Below the pieces are notes generated by a model. That model was not told the origin of the DNA. It made no database searches and saw nothing but the letters and a program-made list of their open reading frames with translations. A DNA stretch of 64,000 bases from Candidatus Bathyarchaeia archaeon (lineage in GTDB: Archaea > Thermoproteota > CALKCG01 > B24 > JAGTQN01). Shown here in pieces: positions 38,673-48,243 of the stretch. The position numbers and the translations under genes were made by a program. The stretch covers positions 688 to 64,687 of the forward strand of contig JAWCLV010000005.1 of the NCBI GenBank assembly GCA_038850515.1, written 5' to 3'. Position 1 is the stretch's first letter. Each line of letters starts with the position of its first letter.

Positions 38673-39965
38673 TTGCCTGAGAAGACTGGTTCTATAACCT
38701 CGCGCTTAGCAGGCTTCTACAAGCTAAACCCTCAAGAAAGGCTTAGGATCGTAAAGGAATTTGCCGGGCTGACGGATGAGGAGGCAAGGCTTCTTCAATC
38801 AACTGGTGGCATCGAGCTGAGCTTAGCGGACAGAATGATCGAGAATGTCATAGGAGCCATGCCTGTACCCCTTGGCATAGCCACCAACTTCCTCATCAAT
38901 GGAAGGGATTATTTGGTCCCCATGGCGATAGAGGAACCATCCGTTGTGGCTGCTGCCAGTAACGCGGCGAAAATGGCTAGGGAGAAGGGAGGCTTTACTG
39001 CCTTCTCTACGGATCCCATCATGATTGGTCAGGTCCAATCCATCGGAATCTCAGATCCATACGATGCAAGGCTTCGCATCCTAATGGAGAAGGATCGAAT
39101 ATTGAAAAGGGCTAATGAACAGGATCCTGTCCTCCTTTCCGTTGGCGGTGGTGCCAAGGATCTGGACGCAAAGGTTCTGCAATCTCCCATCGGTCCCATG
39201 GTAGTAACGGAACTCTATGTGGATGTGAGGGATGCCATGGGAGCCAATGCCGTGAACACGATGTGCGAGGCAGTGGCACCCTTGATCGAAGAAATCACAG
39301 GGGGGAAGGTCTATCTTCGCATTATCTCAAATTTAGCAACTAGGAGACTCGCAAGGGCAAGGGCCGTATTCTCGAGGGAAGCCCTTGGAGGAGAGGATGT
39401 AGTCGATGCGATTCTGACGGCCTACGCCTTTGCTTTGGCAGATCCCTATCGATGCGCAACCCATAACAAGGGGATCATGAATGGCATTATAGCCGTTGCC
39501 CTGGCTACGAGTAACGATACGAGGGCCCTAGAAGCCGGTGCCCACGCCTACGCGGCACGGTCAGGAAGCTACATGCCCCTCTCGACTTGGGAGAAAAATC
39601 AAGATGGGGACCTTGTAGGAACCCTTGAGATGCCAATGGCTGTAGGCATCGTAGGAGGCGCCACAAGGACCCATCCAATAGCCAGGATTTCCCTTAAGAT
39701 CCTTGGAGTGAAATCGGCCAGAGAACTTGCGGAAGTGATGGTATCCGTGGGCTTGGCTCAAAACCTGGCTGCCCTGAAAGCCCTTTCTACGGTTGGGATA
39801 CAGAAGGGGCATATGAAGCTCCATGCCCGTAATATAGCCATCATGGCAGGAGCCCAAGGGGACCTCATAGATAAGGTGGCATCGAGGTTGGCGGAAGAGG
39901 GAAAGGTAAGGCTTGACAGGGCTAAGGAGATCCTCGAGGAGCTTAGGAAGGAGAATAACCCCTGA
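38673..39965 (+). CDS. mvaA: HMG-CoA reductase, class II
   Basis: SRLAGFYKL; MIENVIG; EEPSVVAAAS; DAMGANAVNTMCE; THNKGIMNG; GIQKGHMKLH; GAGGAGG before TTG 38673. Confidence 0.93.
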   Translation: MPEKTGSITSRLAGFYKLNPQERLRIVKEFAGLTDEEARLLQSTGGIELSLADRMIENVIGAMPVPLGIATNFLINGRDYLVPMAIEEPSVVAAASNAAKMAREKGGFTAFSTDPIMIGQVQSIGISDPYDARLRILMEKDRILKRANEQDPVLLSVGGGAKDLDAKVLQSPIGPMVVTELYVDVRDAMGANAVNTMCEAVAPLIEEITGGKVYLRIISNLATRRLARARAVFSREALGGEDVVDAILTAYAFALADPYRCATHNKGIMNGIIAVALATSNDTRALEAGAHAYAARSGSYMPLSTWEKNQDGDLVGTLEMPMAVGIVGGATRTHPIARISLKILGVKSARELAEVMVSVGLAQNLAALKALSTVGIQKGHMKLHARNIAIMAGAQGDLIDKVASRLAEEGKVRLDRAKEILEELRKENNP

Positions 39966-40160
39966 GTTAGGCTATTCTTTTTATAGTTTCGTAATCTTCT
40001 ATAGAAGAATTTGCATGGCTGCCTCGTCCTTTTCCCTAATTGCGTTTCTCTGCCGATTCCCCTATTCCGCCTTTCGTCAGAGTTGTACCGAAGGGGGAAG
40101 GCTCAGGTTTCTGCTGGCCAGGGAAACGGAACCAATTGACTCGTCGAGATCGTATGATCA

Positions 40161-40673
40161 CTAAATAAACTTACTCAGGTGCCTACGGCTTTTTGCATCA
40201 ATCTTCCTATAATCCGTGATCTGATAGATGTTATCGTCCTTGTCGATAACAACGATCTTGAATCCTAAGACGGCAATGCTTCTTCTTCCTTGGGTTAGGA
40301 AGCTTCTAGGACCTTTGCTCGTAATGACTTCCCAACGAAACTCATCACCACTTGTTTCGAGTCTTTCGACCTTTATGATTTCAGGGATGAAATAGTTTTT
40401 CTCGAGGAGTTCTTCGAGAACCCTTCTGGATTCCTCATCCAATAACCTATAATCCTTTATCATACAAAGCTCGTTCCAAGAACCATCTCCCACCCTTTGG
40501 GCTAATATGACGAACTCTGGTTTCGAAAGGGGCATAGGAAGCCTTGGAACGACATCCTCGAATACTTTATCATCGATTTGAGCCTTGAGCCTGTTTAGCC
40601 TTACATCCTTCGATATGCGTAACCTTTTAGGATCAACGATGTTCAGCCTTTCTAGAAACTCTGAGAAGGGCAT
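40161..40673 (-). CDS. DUF1854-domain protein
   Basis: RLMPLSKPE.FV-like segment (PRLPMPLSKPEFVIL); LEELLEKNYFIPEIIKV; WEVITSKGPRSF; VIDKDDNIYQI; follows the ABC gene. Confidence 0.7.
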   Translation of the reverse strand: MPFSEFLERLNIVDPKRLRISKDVRLNRLKAQIDDKVFEDVVPRLPMPLSKPEFVILAQRVGDGSWNELCMIKDYRLLDEESRRVLEELLEKNYFIPEIIKVERLETSGDEFRWEVITSKGPRSFLTQGRRSIAVLGFKIVVIDKDDNIYQITDYRKIDAKSRRHLSKFI

Positions 40674-40761
40674 TTTACGTTTCCTCCTCCGCCACTGCCT
40701 CCTTACTTCATTTTGCCCTCGTCTAATCTTCTCTTCGCTTCTCTTCTCTTCGCTTCTTATC

Positions 40762-42948
40762 TCATCGTACTGCTATGGCAGTTTGGGAAATCGTCTCTTG
40801 GGCCGACTGGATTGCATAAAGCTGGCTATAGAGCCCTCCCTTTGTAAGGAGCTCTTCGTGGCTTCCGACTTCGACGACATGTCCCTTTTCAATCACGATG
40901 ATGCGATTGGCCCTTTGAAGGGTGCTTAGCCTATGGGCTATGATGATGGTCGTCCTATCCCTGATAAGGTTTTCAAGGGCCGCTTGGATGTGCTTTTCCG
41001 TTATGCTATCTACAGAGCTTGTCGCCTCGTCCAATATGAGGATTCGAGGATCAGTTATTAAGGCCCTAGCGATGGCAATGCGCTGCCTTTCGCCTCCAGA
41101 AAGCCTCGAACCCCTCTCCCCTACGACCGTATCGTAGGCTAGAGGGAAGTTCATGATGAAATCATGGGCATGGGCAGCCTTGGCTGAGGCTATGATCTCC
41201 TCAGGCTTTGCCTCACGTTTTCCATAGGCTATGTTATAGGCTATCGTATCGTTGAAAAGAATAGGGTCCTGAAGGACTAGGCCTATCTGCTCCCTTAGGC
41301 ACTGGAGCTTGATTTTCCGAAGATCGACGCCATCTATGGTTATCCGTCCTTCCGTAGGATCGTAGAACCTAAGAAGAAGCTTCGTGAGGGTCGTCTTTCC
41401 AGATCCGCTAGGACCTACGACGCCTATGACCTCCCCTGGCTTTATTTCGAGGTTTATGTTCCGAACGACTGGAATGAAGGGCTCATAGCCGAAGCTTACA
41501 TTCTCGAACCTGATGGCTCCTTTTATGTCAAAGGCAATGGCATCAGGAGCATCTTCGATATCGGGCTCCACCTCTATTACTTCCTCAACCCTTTCACCAG
41601 AAGTAATTGCCTGCTGCATGGGCTGAACGAGGTTGCTGAGTTGCTGAACGGGGCCATAGAACATCCACATATAGCTAACAAAGGCTACAAGGGTTCCAGT
41701 TGTAAGGGTTCCTGTGAAGACCTGGAGACCACCAATCCACCAGACGAATACAACGCTTGCAGAAGTAGCGAAGCCAAGGAGAGGGAAGAATTGAAGGTGT
41801 AGCTTCGTACTTTCCATATTCGCTTCTACGACTTCCGCGAGGCGCTCCCTCAACCTTTTCACCTCAAACTTCTCTTGGCTGAAGGACTTCACGACGATGG
41901 CTCCGGGAATCGTATCGACCAAAAGGCTGCTTACGTCGGCCCATTTCCTCCAAGCCTTATGGTAGACCCCCCTGGCTTTTTGTCTGAAGAGGGGTAGCCC
42001 TACGGCAATAATCGGAACTGGAAGAAGGGAGAAGAGGGCTAGTTGCCAATTTAAAGTGAATATGATAAGCCCTACGCCTAGAAGGGCGAGGAGGTTTGAA
42101 ATGAAGGTCTGGGTACCCCATACGAGGAACCATTGCACCCTTCCAACATCGTCCATAACCCTCGAGAGGAGACGCCCTGAGCTGATTCTATCATAGAAGC
42201 CCAAGGAAAGTCTCTGAAGATGCTCGTAGACGCGGCTCCTCATATCATAAATAACTTTTTGCCCAAGGAGGGCAAGGGAGTAGTTTAAGCCTATGTTCAG
42301 AAGGGCATTGATGGCATAAACACCAACCAATCCGAGGGTCAAGGTTATGAGGAGCCCTACGTCCCTCGATGGGAAAACCTGATCGATCAAGAGACGTATA
42401 AGATAGGGCGGGACAAGACCTAATCCTGTAGTTGCTAGGGAGATTAGGAGAGCAGCTACAGCCCAGTACCAGTGGGGCTTCAGGTAACTGACTAGCCACC
42501 TTAGGGTAGCGCTCTTACTTTTTCTTCCTTCCTTCCTCGAACTGTTGAGATAATCCCAATGGGGACGCCCCTTGAGAAGACTACTCGGCTCCACAAGCTC
42601 GCTTATGAGAAGGGCGGCCTTTCTGAACTCCTCAACCTTTGATCTGCTAAATCGGATCAAATCCTCCCGTCCATCCCTTGTCGAAACCTCTACCTCACCA
42701 TTGCCAAGGTAATCATGAACTTCGACTGATGTTATACGATCTAAAGGGATCTCCCTGAGCTCTCGGCCAGGAGTGAGGGTTATCACCCGTTTGTTCGTTA
42801 TGAAAAGCCAACGATTTCCATAGCATCCTGATGCTTCGATGTCGCTCAGGGCATAGTATAGTACGTCCTCCCCCTCAGAAAGCATATGCCTTATGGATGT
42901 CTCGACTTCTGGTGGAAGTTTTAGCGAGTCTTCATCCCCCTTCAGCAT
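40762..42948 (-). CDS. ABC exporter (fused TMD-NBD) with N-terminal PH-like extension
   Basis: About 140-aa soluble N-terminus (WLFITNKRVI...IPLDRITSV); 6-TM domain; GPSGSGKT; LSGGERQRIAIARAL; LDEATS. Confidence 0.9.
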   Translation of the reverse strand: MLKGDEDSLKLPPEVETSIRHMLSEGEDVLYYALSDIEASGCYGNRWLFITNKRVITLTPGRELREIPLDRITSVEVHDYLGNGEVEVSTRDGREDLIRFSRSKVEEFRKAALLISELVEPSSLLKGRPHWDYLNSSRKEGRKSKSATLRWLVSYLKPHWYWAVAALLISLATTGLGLVPPYLIRLLIDQVFPSRDVGLLITLTLGLVGVYAINALLNIGLNYSLALLGQKVIYDMRSRVYEHLQRLSLGFYDRISSGRLLSRVMDDVGRVQWFLVWGTQTFISNLLALLGVGLIIFTLNWQLALFSLLPVPIIAVGLPLFRQKARGVYHKAWRKWADVSSLLVDTIPGAIVVKSFSQEKFEVKRLRERLAEVVEANMESTKLHLQFFPLLGFATSASVVFVWWIGGLQVFTGTLTTGTLVAFVSYMWMFYGPVQQLSNLVQPMQQAITSGERVEEVIEVEPDIEDAPDAIAFDIKGAIRFENVSFGYEPFIPVVRNINLEIKPGEVIGVVGPSGSGKTTLTKLLLRFYDPTEGRITIDGVDLRKIKLQCLREQIGLVLQDPILFNDTIAYNIAYGKREAKPEEIIASAKAAHAHDFIMNFPLAYDTVVGERGSRLSGGERQRIAIARALITDPRILILDEATSSVDSITEKHIQAALENLIRDRTTIIIAHRLSTLQRANRIIVIEKGHVVEVGSHEELLTKGGLYSQLYAIQSAQETISQTAIAVR

Positions 42949-43304
42949 TGGGTTCAGAGCACCTTCTTCAGAAGGTTTGAGCTTCTAAGACCATGATATA
43001 AGGTTTGCGTGGCTTTATCTACTTCGGATAGGCGGTTTGGAAAGGATGAATAACTATAATGATAATGATAATGAATGGACATCCCTCCGGTCTGGTGTTA
43101 TTTACCTTTCCTCTAGCTTAGACTTTGATACTTTTAGGAAGGAACGAAGGGCCTTTGATCGAATTTCTGGTTTCTAAAAGCTTCGATCTACATGGTAAAG
43201 AAAGAAATTTGGGAGGCAACATCCTCTAGCTTTTTCATGGAAACCATATGTGGATCCCTTAGGCTAGCTTAATGGACTTTTGAATTTCCAACAACTTAGA
43301 TTTT

Positions 43305-44591
43305 TTAATATGTGCCTTTAAGCTCCTCAAGGGGTCTCTGGGCATCTGCATTTGGGTAGATGGCAACCCTGGCTCTCTCCCCATGCCTATTTTTCAGCTC
43401 CTCAAGAACCTCTTTCCAATGCCGAATCCATATCATCTCCTCAGGATCTGCTATGGGGAGGAAGGGATCCTTAAGGGGGTATTCCGAAAAGATAATAAGC
43501 TTCCCTACTTTTTCCAAGGAAGTAGGTGGAGGTCTCACATAGCCCCATTTTCTCTTTCCGAATTTACCATAGAGATAATGTGTAACTTGTCCGTCTGGCG
43601 CATTGGCTATAAGGACAACGGACCCTCCCTTCCTCACGTTTTCCACAGCCATGGAAAGGGCAAGGGTTGCCTCATTTGCCTTGAAGTATGTATTCGCCAC
43701 TACGATGTCGGGCTCCGGAAGCATCCTTGTCCCATAGATCCTCCTCGCCTTCTCCACAGCCTTCATAAAGGCTTCACGAAAGTCGCCTACGAAGATCCCA
43801 GTAGTTTCCCCTAAACCATTCACTGTGATGTCTACTTTCACATCTAGCCCAACCATCTGGGCTACCTCGTCCATATCTTGGCGAATAACGTTTCCGGAAA
43901 CCTTGGACCAGCCTATGGATGGATGAAGGCTCGATTGCTGGCTCCCCGCTTCCGAGGCATAGCCTCCAACCTTCCAGTGATTGAAGGCAATGGTTTCGAG
44001 GGATGAAATGCCTGGAAGGACGATCTTCGATCCTCCTCCAAAGCCAGCTTGTGGATGGGGCACGACAAGACCTACGCCAATCTTAAGATCACAGTCTATT
44101 ACTTCTCCATTGACTTTCACAGGAGTTCCTCGGCTTGTGAAGCCAAGATCCTCGAGATTGCCGAAGGCATTATGATTATAAACTGGATAGTGGGCAACGA
44201 TGTCTTCACCCAGTTTCTTAACAAAGTCAAGACGGTTCATGGAACCATGGGCACCTAGGGCAGCCACAAGCCTCACATGATCCCTTCCTATCCCTCCTAG
44301 GGCAAGCTCTTCTAGAATAAGATCGACTATTTCTTTTGCCCTCGTCGGCCTCGTAACATCATCAAAAAGAATTACTGCTTCTCGACGCCCCTCCGCAAGC
44401 TTTCTAATCGTTCGGGAGGCTATCGGTTGCGAGAAGGCTTCCCGGAGCTCTTGAATTTTAAGGGCTGGATCTCTATAACCCTCCATAGGACATAGGTTTA
44501 CATCCCAGGTATCGGGAAAGAGAAGTTCCAATTCCTTTCTTCCCTCCCAGAGGAGGCTAGGGACCTTCACAGTGTTGAAATTCATGGGCAT
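43305..44591 (-). CDS. LarA-family (DUF2088) nickel-pincer-dependent 2-hydroxyacid racemase/epimerase
   Basis: FDDVTRPT; ALGAHG; YNHN; PHPQAGFGGGSKIVLPG; AFNH. Confidence 0.85.
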   Translation of the reverse strand: MPMNFNTVKVPSLLWEGRKELELLFPDTWDVNLCPMEGYRDPALKIQELREAFSQPIASRTIRKLAEGRREAVILFDDVTRPTRAKEIVDLILEELALGGIGRDHVRLVAALGAHGSMNRLDFVKKLGEDIVAHYPVYNHNAFGNLEDLGFTSRGTPVKVNGEVIDCDLKIGVGLVVPHPQAGFGGGSKIVLPGISSLETIAFNHWKVGGYASEAGSQQSSLHPSIGWSKVSGNVIRQDMDEVAQMVGLDVKVDITVNGLGETTGIFVGDFREAFMKAVEKARRIYGTRMLPEPDIVVANTYFKANEATLALSMAVENVRKGGSVVLIANAPDGQVTHYLYGKFGKRKWGYVRPPPTSLEKVGKLIIFSEYPLKDPFLPIADPEEMIWIRHWKEVLEELKNRHGERARVAIYPNADAQRPLEELKGTY

Positions 44592-44840
44592 CCCAGCACC
44601 CTTTTCCTGAAGCTTGAGCTCGCTTTATAGCTTACGTCTTATTTTACCGTTTATCTTGAGATCGGTAATTAGCCTAAGTACTGGCTAATAACGAAGAAAT
44701 AAGGTAGAGTAGGGAATTGGCATTAGATTTTTGTATCGTTTCTCAAAATGGCCTATCTGAATTTTTATGAAAATTCCTTTGTTCACTTGACTAAGGCTAA
44801 GTTTTTTAGCCTTAACATGACGGAGATCGCAAGGGCTATA

Positions 44841-44848
44841 TTTATAAG
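44841..44848 (+). promoter_or_regulatory. TATA box of the TRAM gene
   Basis: TTTATAAG about 30 nt upstream of the leader hairpin start. Confidence 0.55.
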
Positions 44849-44870
44849 GGAGGCAAGGAATCTAATTCCA

Positions 44871-44944
44871 GAAGGGTAGGAAGTAGCTATAGGTACTGTA
44901 ATGAGCCGATGAGGCTTCGGTACTAAAGCTCCTTCTTATTCTTC
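44871..44944 (+). promoter_or_regulatory. Structured 5' leader (long hairpin) of the TRAM gene
   Basis: GAAGGGTAGGAAG pairs with CTTCTTATTCTTC (13 bp, 3 G-U); AGCT/AGCT; GGTACTG/CGGTACT; GAGCC/GGCTT closing a GATGA loop. Confidence 0.6.
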
Positions 44945-44966
44945 AGAAATACAAGGAGGTAAAAAA

Positions 44967-45239
44967 ATGGAAAGATCTGGATATGGGCGGTCCCGAAGAT
45001 TCGGTCGATCCGAGTTCAGGCCGTCGCGACCTGTGCCAGTCGAAGAAGGAAAGGAGTACGATGTTAAGGTCGAAAGCGTTGGTAGCCGCGGAGATGGAAT
45101 AGCGAAGGTCGAAGGCTTCATCGTCTTCGTACCTGGTGCCAAGGTCGGCGACAACCTTAGGGTTCGGATCACCGCAGTTAGGGGACGTTTCGCCATAGCC
45201 TCACCCGTAACGGGTTCTGAGGAAGGAAGGGAGGGTTAA
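44967..45239 (+). CDS. Single-TRAM-domain protein (archaeal cold-shock-type RNA chaperone family)
   Basis: PVEEGKEYDVKVESVGSRGDGIAKVEGFIVFVPGAKVGD; strong AAGGAGGT SD. Confidence 0.92.
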   Translation: MERSGYGRSRRFGRSEFRPSRPVPVEEGKEYDVKVESVGSRGDGIAKVEGFIVFVPGAKVGDNLRVRITAVRGRFAIASPVTGSEEGREG

Positions 45240-45503
45240 AGTAAAACTTCTCAAGCCTTGGCACTTCAGCAAGAAGGGGCAGGCTTTCTAAGGCTTTCTA
45301 TAACGTCTTTTAACGTCGTTTCGAAACTAGGGGAAATCCTTTACATAATCTAAACTAAAGGCCTGCCAACCCATCTTGACAGATCTCTTAAATCATATTT
45401 CTTTTTTCTTTTTTCTTCCAATTGATTTATTCTGAAACCTTTTTAATCAATGATGGGATAAGAATTAGTAATTCGGGGAATTAAGAATATTTTTAGATCC
45501 TTA

Positions 45504-46550
45504 TCATTCATCCCTTATTGAAAACCTTCCAGTAACCAGTTTGGCAGCGAGCTGAATGGCTTCTAGGAGACTTCCAGGATCGGCAGTTCCTTCCCGTCTA
45601 CCCGCTTTACCATAGGCAGTTCCATGGTCAACGGATGTCCTCACGAAGGGGAGACCTAGGGTAACGTTAACGCCTGATATCCTCGTCCATCCCTTCTTTT
45701 CCTCGTCCCACTGGAAGCCCAAAAGCTTAACCGCGATATGTCCTTGATCATGATACATGGCTATAACAGCATCGAAACCTCCACCCGCTGCCCTTGCGAA
45801 AATGGTGTCCGGCGGGAATGGCCCAGAAACCTCCAAGCCCAGCCTGCGGCCCTCTTCTATGGCTGGTTCTATTTCCTCGATTTCCTCTCTACCAAAAATT
45901 CCCCCCTCCCCTGCATGGGGGTTTAAGCCTGCTACTGCTATCCTAGGTTTTTGAATCCCTAGGGCTTTCATAGCCTCATCCGTAAGCATTATTACTTCGA
46001 GAACCCTCTGCTTTTTTATTCGAGCTGGTACCTGGCTTAAAGGAACATGGGTCGTAACATGGACGACCCTCAAGGAATCCGTAACGAGCATCATGGCAAC
46101 AGACTTGACTCCCGCCAATTGAGCCAAAAGCTCCGTATGTCCCGTATATGGAAGTCCAGCCATTCTTATCGCTTCCTTGCTTATCGGTGCTGTGACTATG
46201 GCTTGGACCTTCCCTTCCATCGCCAGTTCCACAGCCTTAGTCACGTATTCGACGCTTGCCTTGCCACCCATGGCTTGGGGTTTCCCAAGAACAAGGCTTG
46301 CTACATCCACATTATGAAGATCTAAGACATCCATCGTCCCGAAAAGAAATCGAGCTTCTTCTAATCTTTCTATCGAATGAATCCTAAGCCCTAGCTTAGC
46401 AACTCCAATCCCCATTTTCATAACATTCGAATCTCCGATTACGAGGGGGCGGCATATCTCGTAAACGATGGGTTGAGAAAGTGCTTTGGCAACGATCTCA
46501 GGACCTATTCCAGCGGGGTCGCCCATCGTAATACCGATAATGGGTTTCAT
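45504..46550 (-). CDS. pdxA: PdxA2-type 4-phospho-threonate / 4-hydroxythreonine-phosphate dehydrogenase
   Basis: GDPAGIGPE; GHTELLA; NPHAGE; YHDQGH; RTSVDHGTA; coupled to DUF1537 kinase. Confidence 0.93.
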   Translation of the reverse strand: MKPIIGITMGDPAGIGPEIVAKALSQPIVYEICRPLVIGDSNVMKMGIGVAKLGLRIHSIERLEEARFLFGTMDVLDLHNVDVASLVLGKPQAMGGKASVEYVTKAVELAMEGKVQAIVTAPISKEAIRMAGLPYTGHTELLAQLAGVKSVAMMLVTDSLRVVHVTTHVPLSQVPARIKKQRVLEVIMLTDEAMKALGIQKPRIAVAGLNPHAGEGGIFGREEIEEIEPAIEEGRRLGLEVSGPFPPDTIFARAAGGGFDAVIAMYHDQGHIAVKLLGFQWDEEKKGWTRISGVNVTLGLPFVRTSVDHGTAYGKAGRREGTADPGSLLEAIQLAAKLVTGRFSIRDE

Positions 46551-47857
46551 GCCATCAAGTCCCCCTCCTCTAAGCGCCTTGCAGCTTCCATTAGGCTTTC
46601 CGACCGCCCGAAGCCCCCAGCCTTTACGATGACCTTTAGCCCCTCGTATCTCCCTCCTAAAACCTTTCCTATCGGAATTCCTGTCTCAACCTCTCCATCT
46701 AGGATGAGGGCTGAAGCCCCAAGGGCCTTTAGGACTTGGAAGGCCGTTTCACCGCCAGATAGGATGAGACCAGAAGGTTTTTGGTGCCTTAGGATTTCCT
46801 CGACTATCAATCCTAGGTATTTCGTGATAATGCGCCCTTTACACCTTTCCGTATCTAAGGAATTAGGAGCTACCCCAGAACCATCCAAAGATCCATCGCT
46901 TGAAGTCGTCGTTACGATGAGGTGATGGTTCCTCCTTAAAGCTTCGACCCCTTCCTTCACAAGAAGCTTTTGTTCTGCCCTTCGAAGGTCTCCGATGAAA
47001 AGAACCTCTAAAACCTCAGTCCTCGGTTGTTCCTTCAGATGTCTGATCTGCTTCAAGGATACAGGGTTAAGGCTTCCCGATACGATCAAAGCTGGCTTTG
47101 GTTTAGCGAGACCAAAGGCATAGGGTATTTCCGCCGCAAGCCCAGCTGATCCACAAAGGAGCCTTACTTTCAAGGAGCTAGATGCAAGGGCGATGGTTTC
47201 TAGGTCCCTCTGGGTTATGGCGTCCAAAACGACTATTCTTTCGCCTTGATGCTCCCTAGCCTTAAGCTCGTCTGCTAAAGCCCCTGGTCCACCTCTTACC
47301 ACTTCTAGGCTAACGTATCCAATCCTTTGTTTTGCTTGTTGGCTTATTAATGTCGGAACATGGGATTCTCGAACTGGACTAAGAGGATCTTTGGAAAAGT
47401 TAGTTTTATCGACTGGAACGCCCTCTACAAGCTGGAAACCCCTTAGGGTCGTCCTTCCTTTCGCCGGAAAGGCTGGTGCTACTATGCATAGGCTGTAAGA
47501 GCCCTCTTCCAAAATGGCATCGAGTTCTGCGCCAATATTGCCTCTTATGGTCGAATCAATCTTTTTATACATTATGCCAATCTCAGCTCCATTCTTTTTC
47601 GTGAGTTTAAGAACCTCCCTAACCTTCCTTCTCGCCTCCCTTTCAGAGGCATTTCTGGTCTCTGTATTGAAAGATACGACCTGAAACTTTCTTAAGGCAT
47701 CATCCAATTTCGAAGGATCCGTAATGACGGCAGTCGAAAGGCCATGTCTGCTGAACTGGGCACCTGTATCGCAGGCTCCTGTGTAATCGTCTGCTATGAT
47801 AAGGACCTCTTTTCCTTGGTTTATAACCAAGATGGGTATCCTCCATAGGATACTCAT
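46547..47857 (-). CDS. DUF1537 four-carbon acid-sugar kinase (DtnK-like)
   Basis: IADDYTGACDTG; YKKIDSTIRGNIGAE; PAFP..GR; GSAGLA; SGGETA; KAGGFG. Confidence 0.92.
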   Translation of the reverse strand: MSILWRIPILVINQGKEVLIIADDYTGACDTGAQFSRHGLSTAVITDPSKLDDALRKFQVVSFNTETRNASEREARRKVREVLKLTKKNGAEIGIMYKKIDSTIRGNIGAELDAILEEGSYSLCIVAPAFPAKGRTTLRGFQLVEGVPVDKTNFSKDPLSPVRESHVPTLISQQAKQRIGYVSLEVVRGGPGALADELKAREHQGERIVVLDAITQRDLETIALASSSLKVRLLCGSAGLAAEIPYAFGLAKPKPALIVSGSLNPVSLKQIRHLKEQPRTEVLEVLFIGDLRRAEQKLLVKEGVEALRRNHHLIVTTTSSDGSLDGSGVAPNSLDTERCKGRIITKYLGLIVEEILRHQKPSGLILSGGETAFQVLKALGASALILDGEVETGIPIGKVLGGRYEGLKVIVKAGGFGRSESLMEAARRLEEGDLMA

Positions 47858-48029
47858 AAGATAGGCTAACTACAAGCTTGTTGTTTGGATGAAACTAAAA
47901 CCTTTATCTTTCCAGTACCATGAAGAAGGTCGGAAGCCTTATATCCCTATAGCCTCCGTAAAACCGAGGAAAAGGAAACGTTAAACTACAGCCGCTCTGA
48001 TTCATGTATTGTAAAAAGGGGTCTTGAAA

Positions 48030-48227
48030 ATGTCGAAGCTCGATGAACTCATACCGAAGCCAAAAAGCCGCTTTCTTCGCGTCAAGTGCAACTCTTGTGG
48101 GAATGAGCAAATAATCTTCGATAGGGCAGCCATGGTGGTGAAATGCCGTATATGCGATAGCGTCCTAGCCGAACCTCAAGGGGGAAAGGCTGACATCAAG
48201 GCTGAAGTTTTGGAGGTTCTTGACTAA
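48030..48227 (+). CDS. rps27e: 30S ribosomal protein S27e
   Basis: [22 protein letters not shown]; CRICD..L..PQGGKA. Confidence 0.96.
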   Translation: MSKLDELIPKPKSRFLRVKCNSCGNEQIIFDRAAMVVKCRICDSVLAEPQGGKADIKAEVLEVLD

Positions 48228-48243
48228 AGGAAAAGGAGTTTGG

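Noticed and set aside
43056-43074. ATAATG x3 microrepeat
   Set aside because: Simple short repeat in an intergenic region with no supported ORF
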